Program-made: the position numbers and the translations under genes | Notes under the pieces: model-generated | What the model was told of the DNA's origin: nothing | Databases searched by the model: none | Seen by the model: the letters and a program-made list of their open reading frames with translations, nothing else | NCBI GenBank assembly: GCA_951406725.2 | Contig: OX597821.1 | Span: 51,584,001-51,648,000, forward strand | DNA from: Octopus vulgaris | Lineage: Eukaryota | Reading direction: 5' to 3' | Length of the DNA: 64,000 nucleotides | Shown here: piece after piece, positions 26,445-41,499 of the stretch | How positions within the stretch are numbered: the first letter of the stretch is position 1 | Layout of the letters: every line of letters starts with the position of its first letter

Positions 26445-26647
26445 TAAGGGCTGAAATTTTCCTGGCTTTCGGTAAACGAAAATACTCAAGGTTCAGTGAA
26501 TCATGATTATATTGAACATATTCCATTCTCAGATTCACACACTTACTTCCAGTTTTCCTAAGCCTTGTAAAAGAACTCGGAAGATTGAGCTTCCAGCGAG
26601 GCCTGTCATTATACCCTTAAAGCCATGAACTTTTTAGCACCCTCTGG
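26445..26647. mobile_element. Mariner-derived MITE
   Basis: TIRs gggctgaaattttcctggcttt / aaagccatgaactttttagcaccc; about 200 bp long. Confidence 0.7.
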
Positions 26648-26691
26648 TTTATTTATAGGCCTGGCATCAGTGGTCCCCAGCCACCAAACTG

Positions 26692-26729
<38 letters not shown>

Positions 26730-26958
26730 TTCATTACTGTTTTATTGACTATCGCAGACTTCAGGTTGTTTGCATTATGTATATGTATTATTTTATATGT
26801 AATGAATGATTAAATTATATATGATTCACTTTAGTGTATTTTGTTTTTCGTGTGATTCCCGCTTGATGAAAAAAAGTCTTGCACGAAACCGGTCTGTGAA
26901 GCAAAAGAAGCTTTGAGACAGTTATGTTAAATTATAGTAGGTAATATTCTGTATACAA

Positions 26959-27712
26959 AAGGCGGCGAGCTGGCAGAAACGTTAGCCCACCGGCAGAAAT
27001 GCGTAACCGTATTTCGTCTGCCGTCCGTTCTGAGTTTAAGTTCCGCCGAGGTCGACTTTGCCTTCCATCCTTTCAGGGTCGATTAAATAAGTACCAGTTA
27101 CTGGGGTCGATATAATCGATCTAATCCGTTTGTCTGTCTTTGTTTGTCCTCTCTGTGTTTAGCCTCTTGTGTGTAATAAAGAAATAGGTACTTCTTCTGC
27201 CGCTACGTTCTGAGTTCAAATTCCGCCAAGGTCGACTTTGCCTTCCATCCTTTCAGGGTCGATTAAATAAGTACCAGTTACTGGGGTCGATATAATCGAT
27301 CTAATCCGTTTGTCTGTCCTTGTTTGTCCTCTCTGTGTTTAGCCTCTCGTATGTAATAAAGAAATAGGTACTTCGTCTGCCGCTACGTTCTGAGTTCAAA
27401 TTCCGCCAAGGTCGACTTTGCCTTTCATCCTTTTGGGGTCGATTAAATAAGTACCAGTTACTGGCGTCGATTCAATCGACTTGATTCGTTTGTCTGTCCT
27501 TGTTTGTCCTCTCTGTGTTTAGCCCCTTGTGGGTAGTAAAGAAATAGGTATTCCGCCTGTCATTACCTTCTGAGTTCAAATTCCGCCGAGGTTGACTTTG
27601 CCTTTCATTCTTTCGGTGTCGATAAATTAAGTACCAGTTACGCACCGGGGTCGATCTAATCGACTGGTCCCGTCCCCCAAAATTTCGCACCTTGCACCTT
27701 GAATATGAAAGA
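26959..27712 (+). mobile_element. Major SINE multimer (one head, about 4 bodies of 180 bp, one tail)
   Basis: Successive units begin at about 27010, 27190, 27370 and 27550 and are nearly identical. Confidence 0.92.
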
Positions 27713-28588
27713 ATAGTGTGTGTCTCTAAACTTATCATAAAACAGTTTAATTCTCTGTTCGCTTGCTCTAGTCACTAATAACAAAATTGAAAGACGAATG
27801 AAGTAAAATGACGTATATGCGTGCATGCGTGTGTGTGTGTACGCACGCGTATGTGTGATATTCAACGTAATGTTTGTCAAGAATTAAGGACAGTATCATT
27901 ATTTCTGTCGACAACTTTTTAGCTTCAGAATACACGAGATTTCAAATGAAGACTACCAAATACCCTTGAAGAATATTTCAAATAATTTCCAGGAAATTGA
28001 TATACGAGAAAGAACTGAAATAGAAACCAATTATACTGCCAACCTCAAAGCAAGGATACATACATACATACATACATACATACATACATACATACATACA
28101 TACATACATAAATACATATATAGATACATACATACAAACATACATACATACATATATATATATATATTTATTTATTTATATATACACATATATAAATTTT
28201 AGATATCTTTGAACGCATGCTTTTGTCAATACCAACGTTGTCCTACATGATTTCCGAAGCCTTTGAAAGATGCCTCATATAAAAATTAATTATCATATTC
28301 AAAGAAATTAGAAATATTTTCATTAATGACATGTAATATTACATACAAGGTATGTTTGCAATTGATAAATCACCTCAAATATGATAAAACCTTATAGTTT
28401 ATTTCCTGCAGCTTATACTACTGCGCTGAGTATCACTCTTTAGTACTTAAGATGTACATAAATTATGATTACTTTTATACAATATAAAAGAACTTTTAAA
28501 TTCAGGATCGGTATACGTACATACATACATACTTGCGTGCATACATACATATATACATGTATGTATATATGTGTACATTCGTATGCAT

Positions 28589-28706
<118 letters not shown>

Positions 28707-29699
28707 AACTATATATATATATATGGAACTATATATATATATATATATGGAACTCGTGCATGTCTGAAGCACAAATGTATTCTCTAATCACATTTCACAA
28801 AGTTACCTAACACTGGATAAGAAAGTAAATCAGTTCTGATGTGAGGAAGATCCTCCATTTGATTTAATGATAAGAAAAACTTGTTTCTTCTAGTCTTGTT
28901 ACATCTAACAAGCTAACAAGCAGCAAAATATTATACATGTTGCCTAAACTCAAATTTCAAACGACAACTGTCTTGCTTTGATTAAATGTAATCAAGCATC
29001 TTTTGATTTTTCATATATATTCAGTAAAAACCGCAGCAGCTGTTTTAAAATATACAATTAGAAAGTTGAAAGAATACGCTCTACGCCGAGGAAACTATCT
29101 TACGAATACTTTGACAATCAGCGTCAATTACGCTAGGTTGTGGATTACGTGATTACTGCCAACCACCACTCCATGGGCGAGTATGTTTGGTAACACGTAC
29201 TAAGCGTTCGCTACTTGTTTTTTTTTTTGTGCCAATGTAATTCAAAGCAGACATAGACTTAACATCCCTGTCTTAACGTAGACCCAGCAACAAGAGAAAT
29301 ATGCACTAGAACTAGGCTCCTCTTCATGTTCAGGTGAATGGATTGGAGCAATGCGAAATAAAGTGCTTTACTTAAGAGGACAGCATGCCAGCCAGTGCAA
29401 GAATGCAATCCTCGTCCTTACAACGGGTGTCCAGTACCTTAACCATTTGGAAACCAGTCTTCAAATTATGGAGTGACAATATCCAAACTACATTCAAAAT
29501 TAGCAGTGATGCGTCTGAAAATGGGGTTTGTACATTTATGTGTTCAGATACCACTAATAACAAATACTGATGAACTTTAGGACAGCCTATAACTATAGTT
29601 AGGTCGTGTACTGAAATGCGGAAAAACACATTGAAAGATATCAAGTCACGCAACTGATTAAAACAAATTTTTGTACTCTGTTGGTTTTGACTTGTGAGA

Positions 29700-30433
29700 A
29701 AGCAGTGAAGCAGAACAACAGGAACTCGCTACCAGACTGGAAGAAGTATCAAGAACATTTGAGATGGAGATCAGCCCAGAAAAGAGCAAGATCTTGGTTA
29801 ATACTAATGACTAAAACACAACAACCAGCAACTAAATGGAGAGAGACTTGGTAAAATGGATACCTTCAAGTACCTTGAATCCACTTTGACCAAGGACGGC
29901 AGATCTCAAAGGGAGATAACAAGACTCGGTTTAACCTCTGCCGCCATGACGAAGCTGAACAAAATGTCAAAAAACAATTCCGTTAGCTGTTCAACAAAAC
30001 TCAGAGTGTACAAGACCCTGGTGACTTCGATTCTTCTGTATAGGTGTGAGAGCTGAACTCGTACAGCTGACATGGAGCGAAGAATCTAAGCATATGAACT
30101 CAGCTGCTTCTGAAGGCTGTTATACATCCCATACACAGAGCAAAAAAATGAACGGCTTTGTCAGGCATTGCGCAGGTAAATGGATGAAAGTTTTCCGGCT
30201 ACAGTCATGTATCCTTCCAAAACTCCCTGTCTAGAACCATTCTTCAGGTCACAGTTGAGGGAGGCCAAGGGAGAGGCAGACAGAGAAAACCTTGGTTTAG
30301 CAACATCAAGGACTGGGCAGGTCACAACACGCCGAGCCTGCTGTGCATGACAGTGAATAGAGACCAGTTGCTAGAGTGGCATCCCCACGGCTCGCTGCAT
30401 CGGTTCAGGGATTTTAATGATGATGATGATGAT
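29700..30433 (+). mobile_element. RTE-clade LINE 3' fragment, decayed
   Basis: FEMEISPEKSKILV..DTFKYLESTLTKDGRSQREI..TKLRVYKTLVTSILLYRCES, ending in a (GAT)n tail. Confidence 0.88.
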
Positions 30434-32254
30434 ACACTCATATATATATATATAAAGTCTTTTTTTATATATATTCACAAATATGTATATATATTTCTGT
30501 ATGTATGTATGTATACATGTCTGCATATATAATGTTGTTTATACATGCAAGCGAACATATATGTGTACGTGTTTGTATATAAGAAAAAGCTAATAATTCC
30601 GAGTGGCCAGTGATGTGTATTTGAACAATGTAGACGAAAAAGGTTATATAAAATAACATACAAGATACATAGTTACTTTATCGAAACTATCGCCGCTTTC
30701 GGAGAGAAGATAGAACAATCGCTTGGTGGTAATTAAAACCAACTCCAAAGGAGAAGCGGAAATAATGTTAAGAGCAAAGAATTTTCTCTTCGATTGATAT
30801 GCCATAGTATATATATATATATATATATAAATATATGCATATACATACATGCACACACAAACATCACAAAACCTACATCCTTACATACATATTTCAAACA
30901 CACACATACACATACACACTCACACACATAATTATGCCAAGGACCTATAATCCTTTAAGGGATGTTGCAACCTAGTTCTCGGTTTTTTTACCAGTGTTCA
31001 GTTAAAATCTAAATACGTTACTTTTGCATCAATTGATATAGGTATCTAAATTATTCATGAATGGGAAAAAGAAGAAAATGGGGAAATTAACAAATATATA
31101 TCAGTTTATTCAAAGATATTCAAATCAATATAATATGAAATTATTATCCCTAAAGCTGTTTCCTAGCCAATTAATTCAATTAGAGAAATTAAATTAAATT
31201 AGATTAATTTAAAATTTTCATATTAAAATTGGTTAATTGAGTATTTCATCATGGGGAAATTTACCAGAAAGGAGTTACATTCCAGCTTGTTGGTCGAACG
31301 CACAATTAGATGATAAATGATATAGCTCTCTCTCTCTCTCTCTCCCGCACTCTCTCTCTATCTCTCTATCGATCTCTCTCTCTCTCCATCACTCTCTATC
31401 TCTCTCTATTACTCTCTCTCTCTCTATCTATCTCTCTCTCTCTCTCTCTAATACCTAGTTTACCCTAACTGCAACACCACCACCAATAACAATTATTTTG
31501 TTTAACAAACGCACACACAAAACTATTTCAAGCATATTTGTTTATATATATGCTAAGAACGGTTTTTTTCAAATGCATACCTTGCCAAAATGCACACATC
31601 TCAGTCTGTCAAGCGTCGACCAACACGTTGGAATGTAACTTCTTTCCGGTAAATTCCGCCGAGGTCGACTTTGCCTTTCATCCTTTCGGGGTCGATAAAT
31701 CAAGTGCTAGTTATGTAGTACTAGTTTGATATAATTTCTCTAATTGTATTAATTGGCTATGAAAACGGCTGTAGGGATAAGAATTTCATATCATATTGAT
31801 CTGAATAACTTTGAATAATCTGATGTCTATGCGTCAATTCCTCCATTTTATTCTTTTCTCATACATACATACATACAAACATGCATACATACATACATAC
31901 ATACATACATACATACATACATACATACATACATACATACATACATACATACATACATGCATACATACATACATATATGTATATATATATATACATTAAA
32001 GGTGGTGGTCCAGCAAGGCCGTAGGCAAATGACTGTAGCAAATAAAACAATAAAATTATATATATATATACATGTATACAAATATATATGTGTGAATGTG
32101 TGTTGAAAGAAAAAAACATAATTTTCTACAAAATTGTATAACATCTTTATTATCATGGCTCTAATATACTCTTAAATCCTGCAAAACAAATCTTCCGTCT
32201 TTTTATCTTTTTTCTTTCTTTCTTTATATATATATACATACATACATATATATA

Positions 32255-32348
<94 letters not shown>

Positions 32349-34591
32349 AGCATATATATATATACATACATATAGCATATATATATATATATACCTACAT
32401 ACATAAATATATATACATACATGCATACGTACATATATGTATAAATACATACATGGTTTGTAGTTGTGTACATATATATCATACTATATAGATTTCTTTT
32501 CTCGTATAATAAAGCTGTAAATAATACGAATTAATTAAATAAGATACATACTTTTTCTGTAGTAGCCAATATATATTATGATGATATTATATTAGTGTCG
32601 ACGGGGATCTAATTGCACTTCCTTCTCGTTGAAAGCACAGGTAATATTCATTCGGAGACTATATTGCATCTTGGTCTATAGAAATTGAACATTAAATACA
32701 CAGCGGGAATGTAAAATTTGCTACAATAAAATCTTCAATTTGATTTACTGTTCCAAGATGTTCGTGTCTGTTCCACTTACATCTTTCATCCATTTGTATA
32801 ACGTACTAATTTTCAGTGTTTTTTTTTTATTTTCCTTTCTCTAAATATCTATTCCTGTTCAGACTTCAGTTTTATTTTCTAAGATTATAATAGGATACAA
32901 CGAACAGAAAATGATCTCCTGGCAAAACTAGTGTATGATCCAGTCATGTTTCTTGGAAGATGAATCTTCCTTCCTGATACTTAATGTTCTTCAGAAAGTT
33001 TCTAGTCAATAAATTTTAATATTTGTTGACAGAACAATTTTTCATTTCTCTCCTACTTTTATGATCTCTTTATTACTCTTTTACAGCGAAGAAATTTTAA
33101 TTTCGGTTTATATTTTTAAAATTGCCGACCAATTTAACAAAACATGTTGAACACATCAATCCCCCCTCCCTTCTATATATTATTCATGTTTTACAATTGA
33201 TTTCTCTTGTCATTCTTCTGTTATACTTAATTGATTCCATTTTCATTGAGATCTTAACAGTAAGCAATAAAATGTTTATTCAATAATTATATCTGCATAA
33301 CAAATTAACCTTTGCTACTTCAGTTTTTCTTGCCAATATTGACTCAGTGGGTGTCAATATTACATACTTAAGCTTCTATCAGCATAAAATACCAAGAGAA
33401 CACATTAGCGGAAATAGACTTGTATAAATATAAATATAGTTTAATATTGTCTTCTGGGGGCAGTGTGTTGGCAGAATCAGTAGAGGATGTCTGACAAAAG
33501 ATCTTGTAATATTTAGTTCTGATTTCAAATTTTACGTCGATTAGCTGTTATTTTTACCATACTGTGGTCTATAAAATGAGTATCAATTCGGAAATGGAGT
33601 CGATCTTGATCAGTTTTACACACGTTCAAATGTTTGTAAGTGCTGTGGTTTTATCATTTTGGATAGCGAAACGTCTTGTAGCAATTCTGATATGGGGTTT
33701 TATATTCTGTGCTCAAGTCCCACAAAGGTCGGATTTACTTTCCAATCACTTGGAATCGATAGAACGTGGTACCAGTGAACTAATGAATTCCATTTAATTT
33801 TCTGCTTCCAATCTTACAATGTATATAAGTTGGTGCCAATTATATGAAATAATACAGCAGTCTACAAAATAGGATAAAAGCAGACTTTCTGTTTCATATC
33901 TATATTATAATGATTGAAGAAATGCTGACTGTGTCCAGTTTATTCTTTTCCCTGCGTTATTAAAAAATGTCATATTACATTGAAGAAATTATAAAAGAAT
34001 ATTTTTTAAAAATTAGACTATTAAGATTATTTGTATTTTACATATACATTATAAAGCTTAATATTACAATATTCGTTTCTGTTTTAAATGTCAACTTCCG
34101 TTTGAATTCCATATGTAAACAAATAGCTTTTCTTTGCGTTCGTAAAAAGTGTAATAAAAGAAACACAACAATAAAACAAGTTAGTAAATTCTTTTAAAAA
34201 GTATTACGTAGTTCAAAACAATAACCCCTATCAAATAGAATTAACTTTTCAAATTGTGTTAGAATGCGGTCATGCTGTGGTACAACCTTGAAATTGTTTA
34301 GTCAATAATATCATCTCTCAACACAATTCCTCTCACATGGTAAAATATATGTTGCATTATCAAGGGCACCAAGAAATGAAAATATAAAAATATTGAGATA
34401 AATGAAAAGGGTCCATTTGCTGATAGTTGTGTCTGCAAAAATATTCTACAGTGATGTGAGACATTCATTACTCTCTTTCTTTTAATTGAAATGTAGTTAA
34501 GTCTCTTTTTAATTGCTAGGAAAGGGACACTACAAACGCTTAACACGTCTATAAGTGAATATAATGAAATAACACTATAGCAAAACTCAAC

Positions 34592-35478
34592 TATCAGGTC
34601 ATCCCATAAGTTCTGTTCGAATTTTGAATAAAGAAAACAAGTGATCAAATGTTATATTTAATTGAAGGTTAATCATCAATGTACTTTCCCTGATTATCTA
34701 TGACTTCCTTCCATCTTTTTAACAAGCTTTTTAATCCCATCAATGTAAAACTCTTTTGGTTTCAAACTGAAAAACTCTGAAATGTTAGTTTCGATCTCCT
34801 CCTGGCTTGCGAAAGTTATGTCCCCCAAATGATTCTGTAAACATACGAAACAAATGGTAGTCTGAAGGAGCAAGGTCGGGAGAATAAGGTGGATGAGGAA
34901 TTTCTTCCTCACCAAGCTCTTCGATCTTCTGTGATGTGGATATTTGCAGTGTGACGTCGCGCATTGTCCTGATGAAACATCATTCCTTTCCAATTCACTA
35001 AAGCGGGTCTTTCTTCTTCAAAGCTTGGTTCACACGCTCTAATTGCTGACAGTAGACTTGAGCATTGATTGCTGCATTAGGTGCTAACAATTCTAAGTGC
35101 ATTACTCATTTGAAATCCCACCAGATAGAGAGAAGAACCGTTTTTCCATGAAGTTCCCTTCTCGGTTGTGGTTGAGCCTTACCCCTTTTACCAAGCCACT
35201 GTTTACGCCGCTTAACATTTCCATAGAAGATCCATTTTTCGTCACCAGTCACAAGTCTATCCAAAAAGGGTGAAATGAGTTCGCGAGAATGGAGAGAAAA
35301 GCAGATGTCAACTAGGGATTTCCGGTTGCTTTGGGACAATTCATGAGGCACCCATTTTCCAAGTTTAGGAACCTTTCCAAGTTGTTAAAGTTGACGATGA
35401 ACAGTTGTATAGCTGAACTAAGCTTCATTGCCAATTCTTCAACTGATAATGCAGGATTTTCTTCAAGTAATGCCTCAA
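34592..35478 (-). mobile_element. Mariner transposase pseudogene (DDD catalytic domain) with one TIR
   Basis: WVPHEL-like MPHELS, LVTGDEKWIFY, FHQDNA and HPPYSPDLAPSDYHLF, with stops and frameshifts. TIR-like tatcaggtcatcccataagttctg at about 34592. Confidence 0.92.
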
Positions 35479-35479
35479 G

Positions 35480-35722
35480 GAGCTTATCAGGATGGAAATA
35501 TTTGACAAAAGGGAGGAAAGAATCTAGATGTTCGCAGGAGAGTGAGGTCGCACCCATTCGCATAGTTGGTGCCCATTCTCGTTCCCATGGCCACTCCCGA
35601 GAACTACTGGTAAAAATCGCCCGCGACGAAGAGCAGTTAAATGAGAGGACAAGGAGTGTGGATGTGTCTGGTTGAGGGTTTGGCCGAAGGTCAAGGAAAT
35701 GTTGGAGTACACGCAGCTCCTC
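35480..35722 (-). mobile_element. Penelope-like reverse transcriptase fragment
   Basis: LRVLQHFLDLRPNPQPDTSTLL..FAGDFYQ*FSGVAMGTRMGTNYAN, matching the PLE RT motif GxAMGTRMGPxYAN. Confidence 0.8.
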
Positions 35723-36119
35723 ATATATATATATATATATATATATATGCATATACCACATATGATATGGAGGAACACATTAGGTAGCAACACTATACAG
35801 ATTCGTGAAAACAGTATAAACGGATGACAATCACAAACAGTAAAGGGTACAGGGAGGGCTGCCAGTTTTAGTCCCATTTTGTATAGAGAATTCATTCGAA
35901 TAATGAGATGTGACCGAAATTAGAGGGGGAGAATGAGCATCTCAATTAGACAAAACCGATGACAACGACAGAGAAGGGTGAAAGAACAGAGGTAAATGGA
36001 CCATTGAAATCCGATTATCTTTGGTGGAAGCTGCAAGAACATAAAAAGCTTCTGGATCTATGTTTGACTATAGAAGTGATGTTTAGATGCTTGACTAGGA
36101 AAGTGATGACATAGCTTGT

Positions 36120-36466
36120 AGAAATATCTGGTGAGGTGCAAACTAATCCTTCTACGAAAATGTTTATTCATCAAGTGCTCTAATCCATTTTCTACTGCCA
36201 TGGGGTCCTCGTACGCAATCAACGGTAAGAGTATGCTTGGGAAGCTCCTATGCTGGTTTGGAACTTTCTGGTAATCTAGGTTTACTCTTTTTTACTCTTT
36301 TATTTGTTTTAGTCATTTGACTGTGCCCATGCTGGAGCACAGCCTATAGTCGTGCAAACCAACCCCCAAGACTTATTCCATCAGACTCTTATGCCGAACT
36401 GCCATGATATCGGAACGTAAACACACCAGCATCGGTTGTCAAGCGATGTTGGGGGAACAAACACAG

Positions 36467-36553
<87 letters not shown>

Positions 36554-37035
36554 CAACGGGCTTCTTTCAGTTTCAGTGTACCAAATCCACTCACAAGGCT
36601 TTGGCCGGCGTGGGGGTATAGTAGAAAACACTTACCCAAGGTGCCACGCAGTGGGACTAAACCCGGGACCACGTGGTTGGTAAGCAAGCTACTTATCACA
36701 AAGCCACTCCTGTGCCTGTATCGACGTCTTTTAACTAGCTATCCAGATTTGCTTAGGTCATCTAAATGGTGTTGGTGTCCTGCGAACTGTGGTTAGAAAC
36801 CTTCCCGAAATATTTTTTTTTCTTTTGTGATGGGCAATATTAGATCTTGCCCTACTTTGAAGCGGAACTCATTGGTCACCTTTCCTTTCTCCAAAATCAG
36901 GCAGCGAATCTTTGAGGGTTTGAAACTCATTTGTGCCCAAGACATGAGCATCTCTGTTATTCAAAAGATGCACTCAAATCCTTACACTGTTGTTGTCATC
37001 ATGAGGTCAGTCATAGGCTCTGATGGATGGCTGTT
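36120..37035 (-). mobile_element. HERO-like (RLE-bearing) LINE, RT region, interrupted by a SINE
   Basis: QPSIRAY..SWAQMSFKPSKIRCLILEKGKVTNEFRF..., then after the SINE QHRSFPSILLPLIAYEDP..HFRR. Confidence 0.75.
36285..36720 (-). mobile_element. Second-family SINE copy
   Basis: Reverse complement of the 11251/22650 family, with internal (CA)n(TA)n. Confidence 0.88.
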
Positions 37036-37189
37036 TTACTATTATATTGCTTCAGGGTAGGGTAGCATATGTTTTCTTTTGACTTTATTAGTATGTTCTT
37101 AGCTAAAGCAAAGAAAGACACCAAGATAACGTATCCAGTTGATTATCCCCACTTCTTGTTGGTGCCGGTCATATGTTAGTTAACTAGAA

Positions 37190-37905
37190 CAAACCCTGAC
37201 CTTGGGCATGTAATATGATACGTGTAGCAGAAATGAGAGGTGGAAGATAGTAGAGAAGGAAGTTCGTGCAGCAGTGGAGGAAACGTGGGCGAGCAGGGCA
37301 GTGACGATGTGCAAAGGCTGTCAGAATGGAGTTGGAGTAGGTGATGGTGGAGAATGCAAACTTGCAGGATATCAGGAAGTGGAACACGCAGACGATCCTG
37401 TCTTGACCAGTGAGTTCATTAAGTTCTCTCCAGTGCATCTAATTATTTTACACGTGGATTAATGAAAACACTGAGATCTAGGAGAAAAATCCTCGAGCAT
37501 ATCTTAACAGTTTCTTGGAGATATTCCATGAAGGTTGAAGACACGACCATATCCTCAAGGCCACTACTGAGGCAGCAAGCAAGGGAATCTGTGACAGCAA
37601 AGCCAGAACATTTATCCTTTATTATAGAGGGAGAGTGGGCAACGTAAATAGCTAAGAATTGCTCTGGGGTATCATTTCCATCATCATAGTATTAAATGAT
37701 AAATGATAATCTCGAGAAACAGGTAATGTTTCCCAGCACATATTATTCACACATTTACAAAAGAGAAAGAGAAATAAGTACCAGGAGTGAGTGGAGGGCT
37801 ACTGCAAGAATGGAGGGAGTACAAAGTGTTTCCAACTGGAGGTTGACAAAGGTCGTACTCTGAGCAAAGTCTTACGGAACCCTTGAACCTTGGGCATTAC
37901 AGGAG
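37190..37905 (+). mobile_element. HERO-like LINE C-terminal region (zinc-knuckle/RLE side)
   Basis: ERWKIVEKEVRAAVEETWASRAVTM, LEHIL, RHDHILKA, and LEV...TLGITG. Confidence 0.7.
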
Positions 37906-38042
37906 GATGAAAAAAGAATCATCAATAACAACACAGGTTTCTGAGAATTCATCTAGATTGCCCTGACAGAAAAGGTGTGATATGTGGGGTCGATATAGAA
38001 TACACATAGGCACGCTTACACAAATCCATAATACACACATAC

Positions 38043-38086
<44 letters not shown>

Positions 38087-38111
38087 CTAGTTATGTATGT
38101 GTGTATATGCA

Positions 38112-38187
<76 letters not shown>

Positions 38188-39308
38188 ATTGACAGACAGT
38201 CAGACAGACAGGCAGATAGATAGATTGAATGATTTAGATTAAAACTGGGAATAATGCCAGTTTGTCAGTTCCTTTCGTTTTTCTAATATTTTGTTATTTC
38301 ATAATTCTATCAATAAAAAGCAAGACATTTATTTTAGCGTCATAATTATTACAAGATTTACTGTATTTTTGTTTCTTCTATATGACTTTTTATATTATTA
38401 TTTTTATGTGTGTGTGTGTGAGAGAAATCTTTCGCTGACTATATTTTGACACGAGAGAATTATATCAAATATTCTGCATAAATATTGTATAATAATCGTT
38501 TCCAAAGGCGAATATCAATGACGTGCGACAGCTCCGTACAGGAAGATTTCCAGGAGAGATCACAAATTTACAAACGACTGACATTGTTTATATTATATAG
38601 GAATATATAATATAAACCTCTACATGGTCGCTCCTCCTGATAGAAATATACACTAAATATCCCTCAATTACAAGTTACTGTCTTCATTTGACGGCTTATT
38701 TGCTGTATTTATTCACGCCATTTCCGTTCTAAGTTGAGATCTCGCCTTGTCTTTGTTGAGTGTAGTATTAATCGACTTTCGGTTTAGTACCACCACAGTT
38801 TATTACAACCCATAGGTAATAGGTTCTTGCAATGGAGTGCACTATATCTCGACCATTTGGATCAAGTCTTCCCATGATCTTAGAAAACGGGTAAAAGATC
38901 ATATAAATTATCCTTCCTTTCTGAATGACCGATTAAAAGAAAGGAATAGATTATTACTCTATCCAATATTAGGAGAGGTTTGTTTGTCAATTCTTCATAC
39001 ATTATAACAATAACCAATTTCTGGTTCCCTGTATTTCTGATGATAATGTGAGTATCGGCAATGATGGAGAACAAATATAATAAACTGGATTTTAAGCTCT
39101 GGTTTATCGGTCTTCTCTTACGTCAATGTTTACATGCATTGCGTATATTACTCAACAAAAGATAATGATATACATTAGTATACAAATGATATAGATGTAT
39201 GTATATGTATATGTATAGGCGTGCGTTTTTGTATACGCACATATACGGATTCATAGATACAAACATACATACATAAACACACACACACACACACTCACGC
39301 ACGCGTGT

Positions 39309-39362
<54 letters not shown>

Positions 39363-40137
39363 ATGTGTATGTGTGTGTGTGTATATATACATATGACAGA
39401 TAGTTTGAAGGAAGGTACACATACACACAAACTCACACACACTCACAACCCCCCATACACACATACACACACACATTTTATACAGAATGCTTTTCCAAGT
39501 AAATTACGCCAGCCTTATGAATAGCGAATACGAATTGATAAATAAGAAATAACTGCAATCTTGAAGCATTGTAATTTGTATAGTTTAGGCAGCAAAATCA
39601 CAGTAAATAAATATAATTCGTTGTTATACTTTAGTCCTAGATCCGGCTTGGATTAGCTGATCTATGGTAAAATTTGGACGAGCATTGGCTATACGGTAAT
39701 TTTATTCTATATATTTGAGACTTCGTTGCTGAACGACCGCTGGTTGTTCGGCTGCAATTTCTGGCGAACTTAATTAGCTCATACAGATTAGCTTACTGGC
39801 TCGATAATTATATTATTGTTATTGTTACTAATCCAGGTCGGTCTTGATATAGCAGACCTATTGACCTATTATCAAAAGGCTTTGATCTGTGACTAGTCTG
39901 TTTTATATGGCAAAACATCTCAGGTTGGACATTTTCTTATATATACTTATTGTTTGTAGACTGTAGCATGTAATTAAAAAGAGATTTAGCTGATATTAGC
40001 TGTAATTGATTGATTGTGGGCCGGCTATAGGTAACGCCATTTTATCTATCCAAGATGGCGAGATCTGACAGTTTTCACTCCAAAAAATGAAGGACAGAGG
40101 GGATCTCTGCATTTCATTTTCAAGCATGAGGACCACA

Positions 40138-40345
40138 TCATGGCGAGCTGACAGAATCATTAGCTCGCCAGAAATAACACTTAGCGGCATTTCTTCCGTC
40201 TTTACGTTCTGAGTTCAAATTCTGCTGAGATCAGCTTTGCTTTTCATCCTTTTAGGGTCGATAAAATACGCACCAGTTTAACGCTTGGATCGATGTAATC
40301 GATTAATTTCTTTCCCAATAGGACTTGTGGCTATATTAGAATGTA
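40138..40345 (+). mobile_element. Major SINE family copy
   Basis: ggcgagctgacagaatcattagc..gttctgagttcaaattc..ttcatccttttagggtcgataaaa. Confidence 0.85.
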
Positions 40346-41143
40346 TTATTAAAGATTTGGCAAACCCTTGAGCGGCATGCTACAAAAATTTAACCAAGAA
40401 AAATCTTGTTTCCAGAATAAGAATGCATGATTTAAAAATGGCTGAAAAATAAAGATTTTATATCGGAAATATTTTCCTTTTTTATCCGTATCACTACATT
40501 TCTACAGACATCTTGCCCATTGACTGACTTAATGTCAGGAAAACAAATATTGTGTTGTTTGGTTAATGTCTTGTTTGTTTAGTTTTCAAACGGAAACTAA
40601 ATCTTCGTTGTTTAAATTTCTGGTCAAAAGTTAGTCGATGTCATTATGTCACAATCAAATGCCATAGAGCTAATGGCTTTGATAGTTTTGTTTTCTACAT
40701 AAATTACATTTTAAGTAGCCGACAGCACAAAAATATTACCAGCAAATTTTAATAACGATAACTCATTATACACTGGTTTTGTAATTTACATGATATCCAG
40801 AGAATGACAGAAGTGTTTACCTTCTATTATTGCTAGTTAGCAGAATATTTTAAAACAATATCGACAAATTTATCAGTTTATAAATATGTAAATTTTTTGT
40901 ATTCCTGTCCAGTAGCATAGTTTTTCATTTATTTAAGTTATTAAGGAAAAGGATATTGACTAATGTAGTAGTGCATAATTCGTTTCTATGTTCCTTCAGC
41001 CGGAGTTCAAACTTCACAAACGTTTGATGTTTGCCTTTCAAAATTTTCTGGTTTTTCACATAAGTACAAATCCCACCACTGGGATTTTGCCTTCACTCTC
41101 AAAGGTTCACCTGTATCGATCTATCTATTTATCTATCTGTCTG

Positions 41144-41230
<87 letters not shown>

Positions 41231-41360
41231 GTCTATCTGTCTCTCTGTCTGTCAATCAATCATTTCTTACATTCTTTTCCCTTTCTTTCTGTGATGCTGA
41301 ACGCTGGGTAACCTTTGATTGTTACAGGTGTGGTCCCATCCGTATTTTACTTATTTATAC

Positions 41361-41421
<61 letters not shown>

Positions 41422-41499
41422 GCTAAGGTGGCGCACTGGCAGAGTGATTAGTTCGCTGGATAAAATGCTTAGCAACATTGCATCCATTTTACATTCTGT

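Noticed and set aside
26855-26900. Hammerhead (ttgatga...gaaaccggtc) as a standalone feature
   Set aside because: C3 is lost and stem II does not pair, so it is counted only as a decayed relic.
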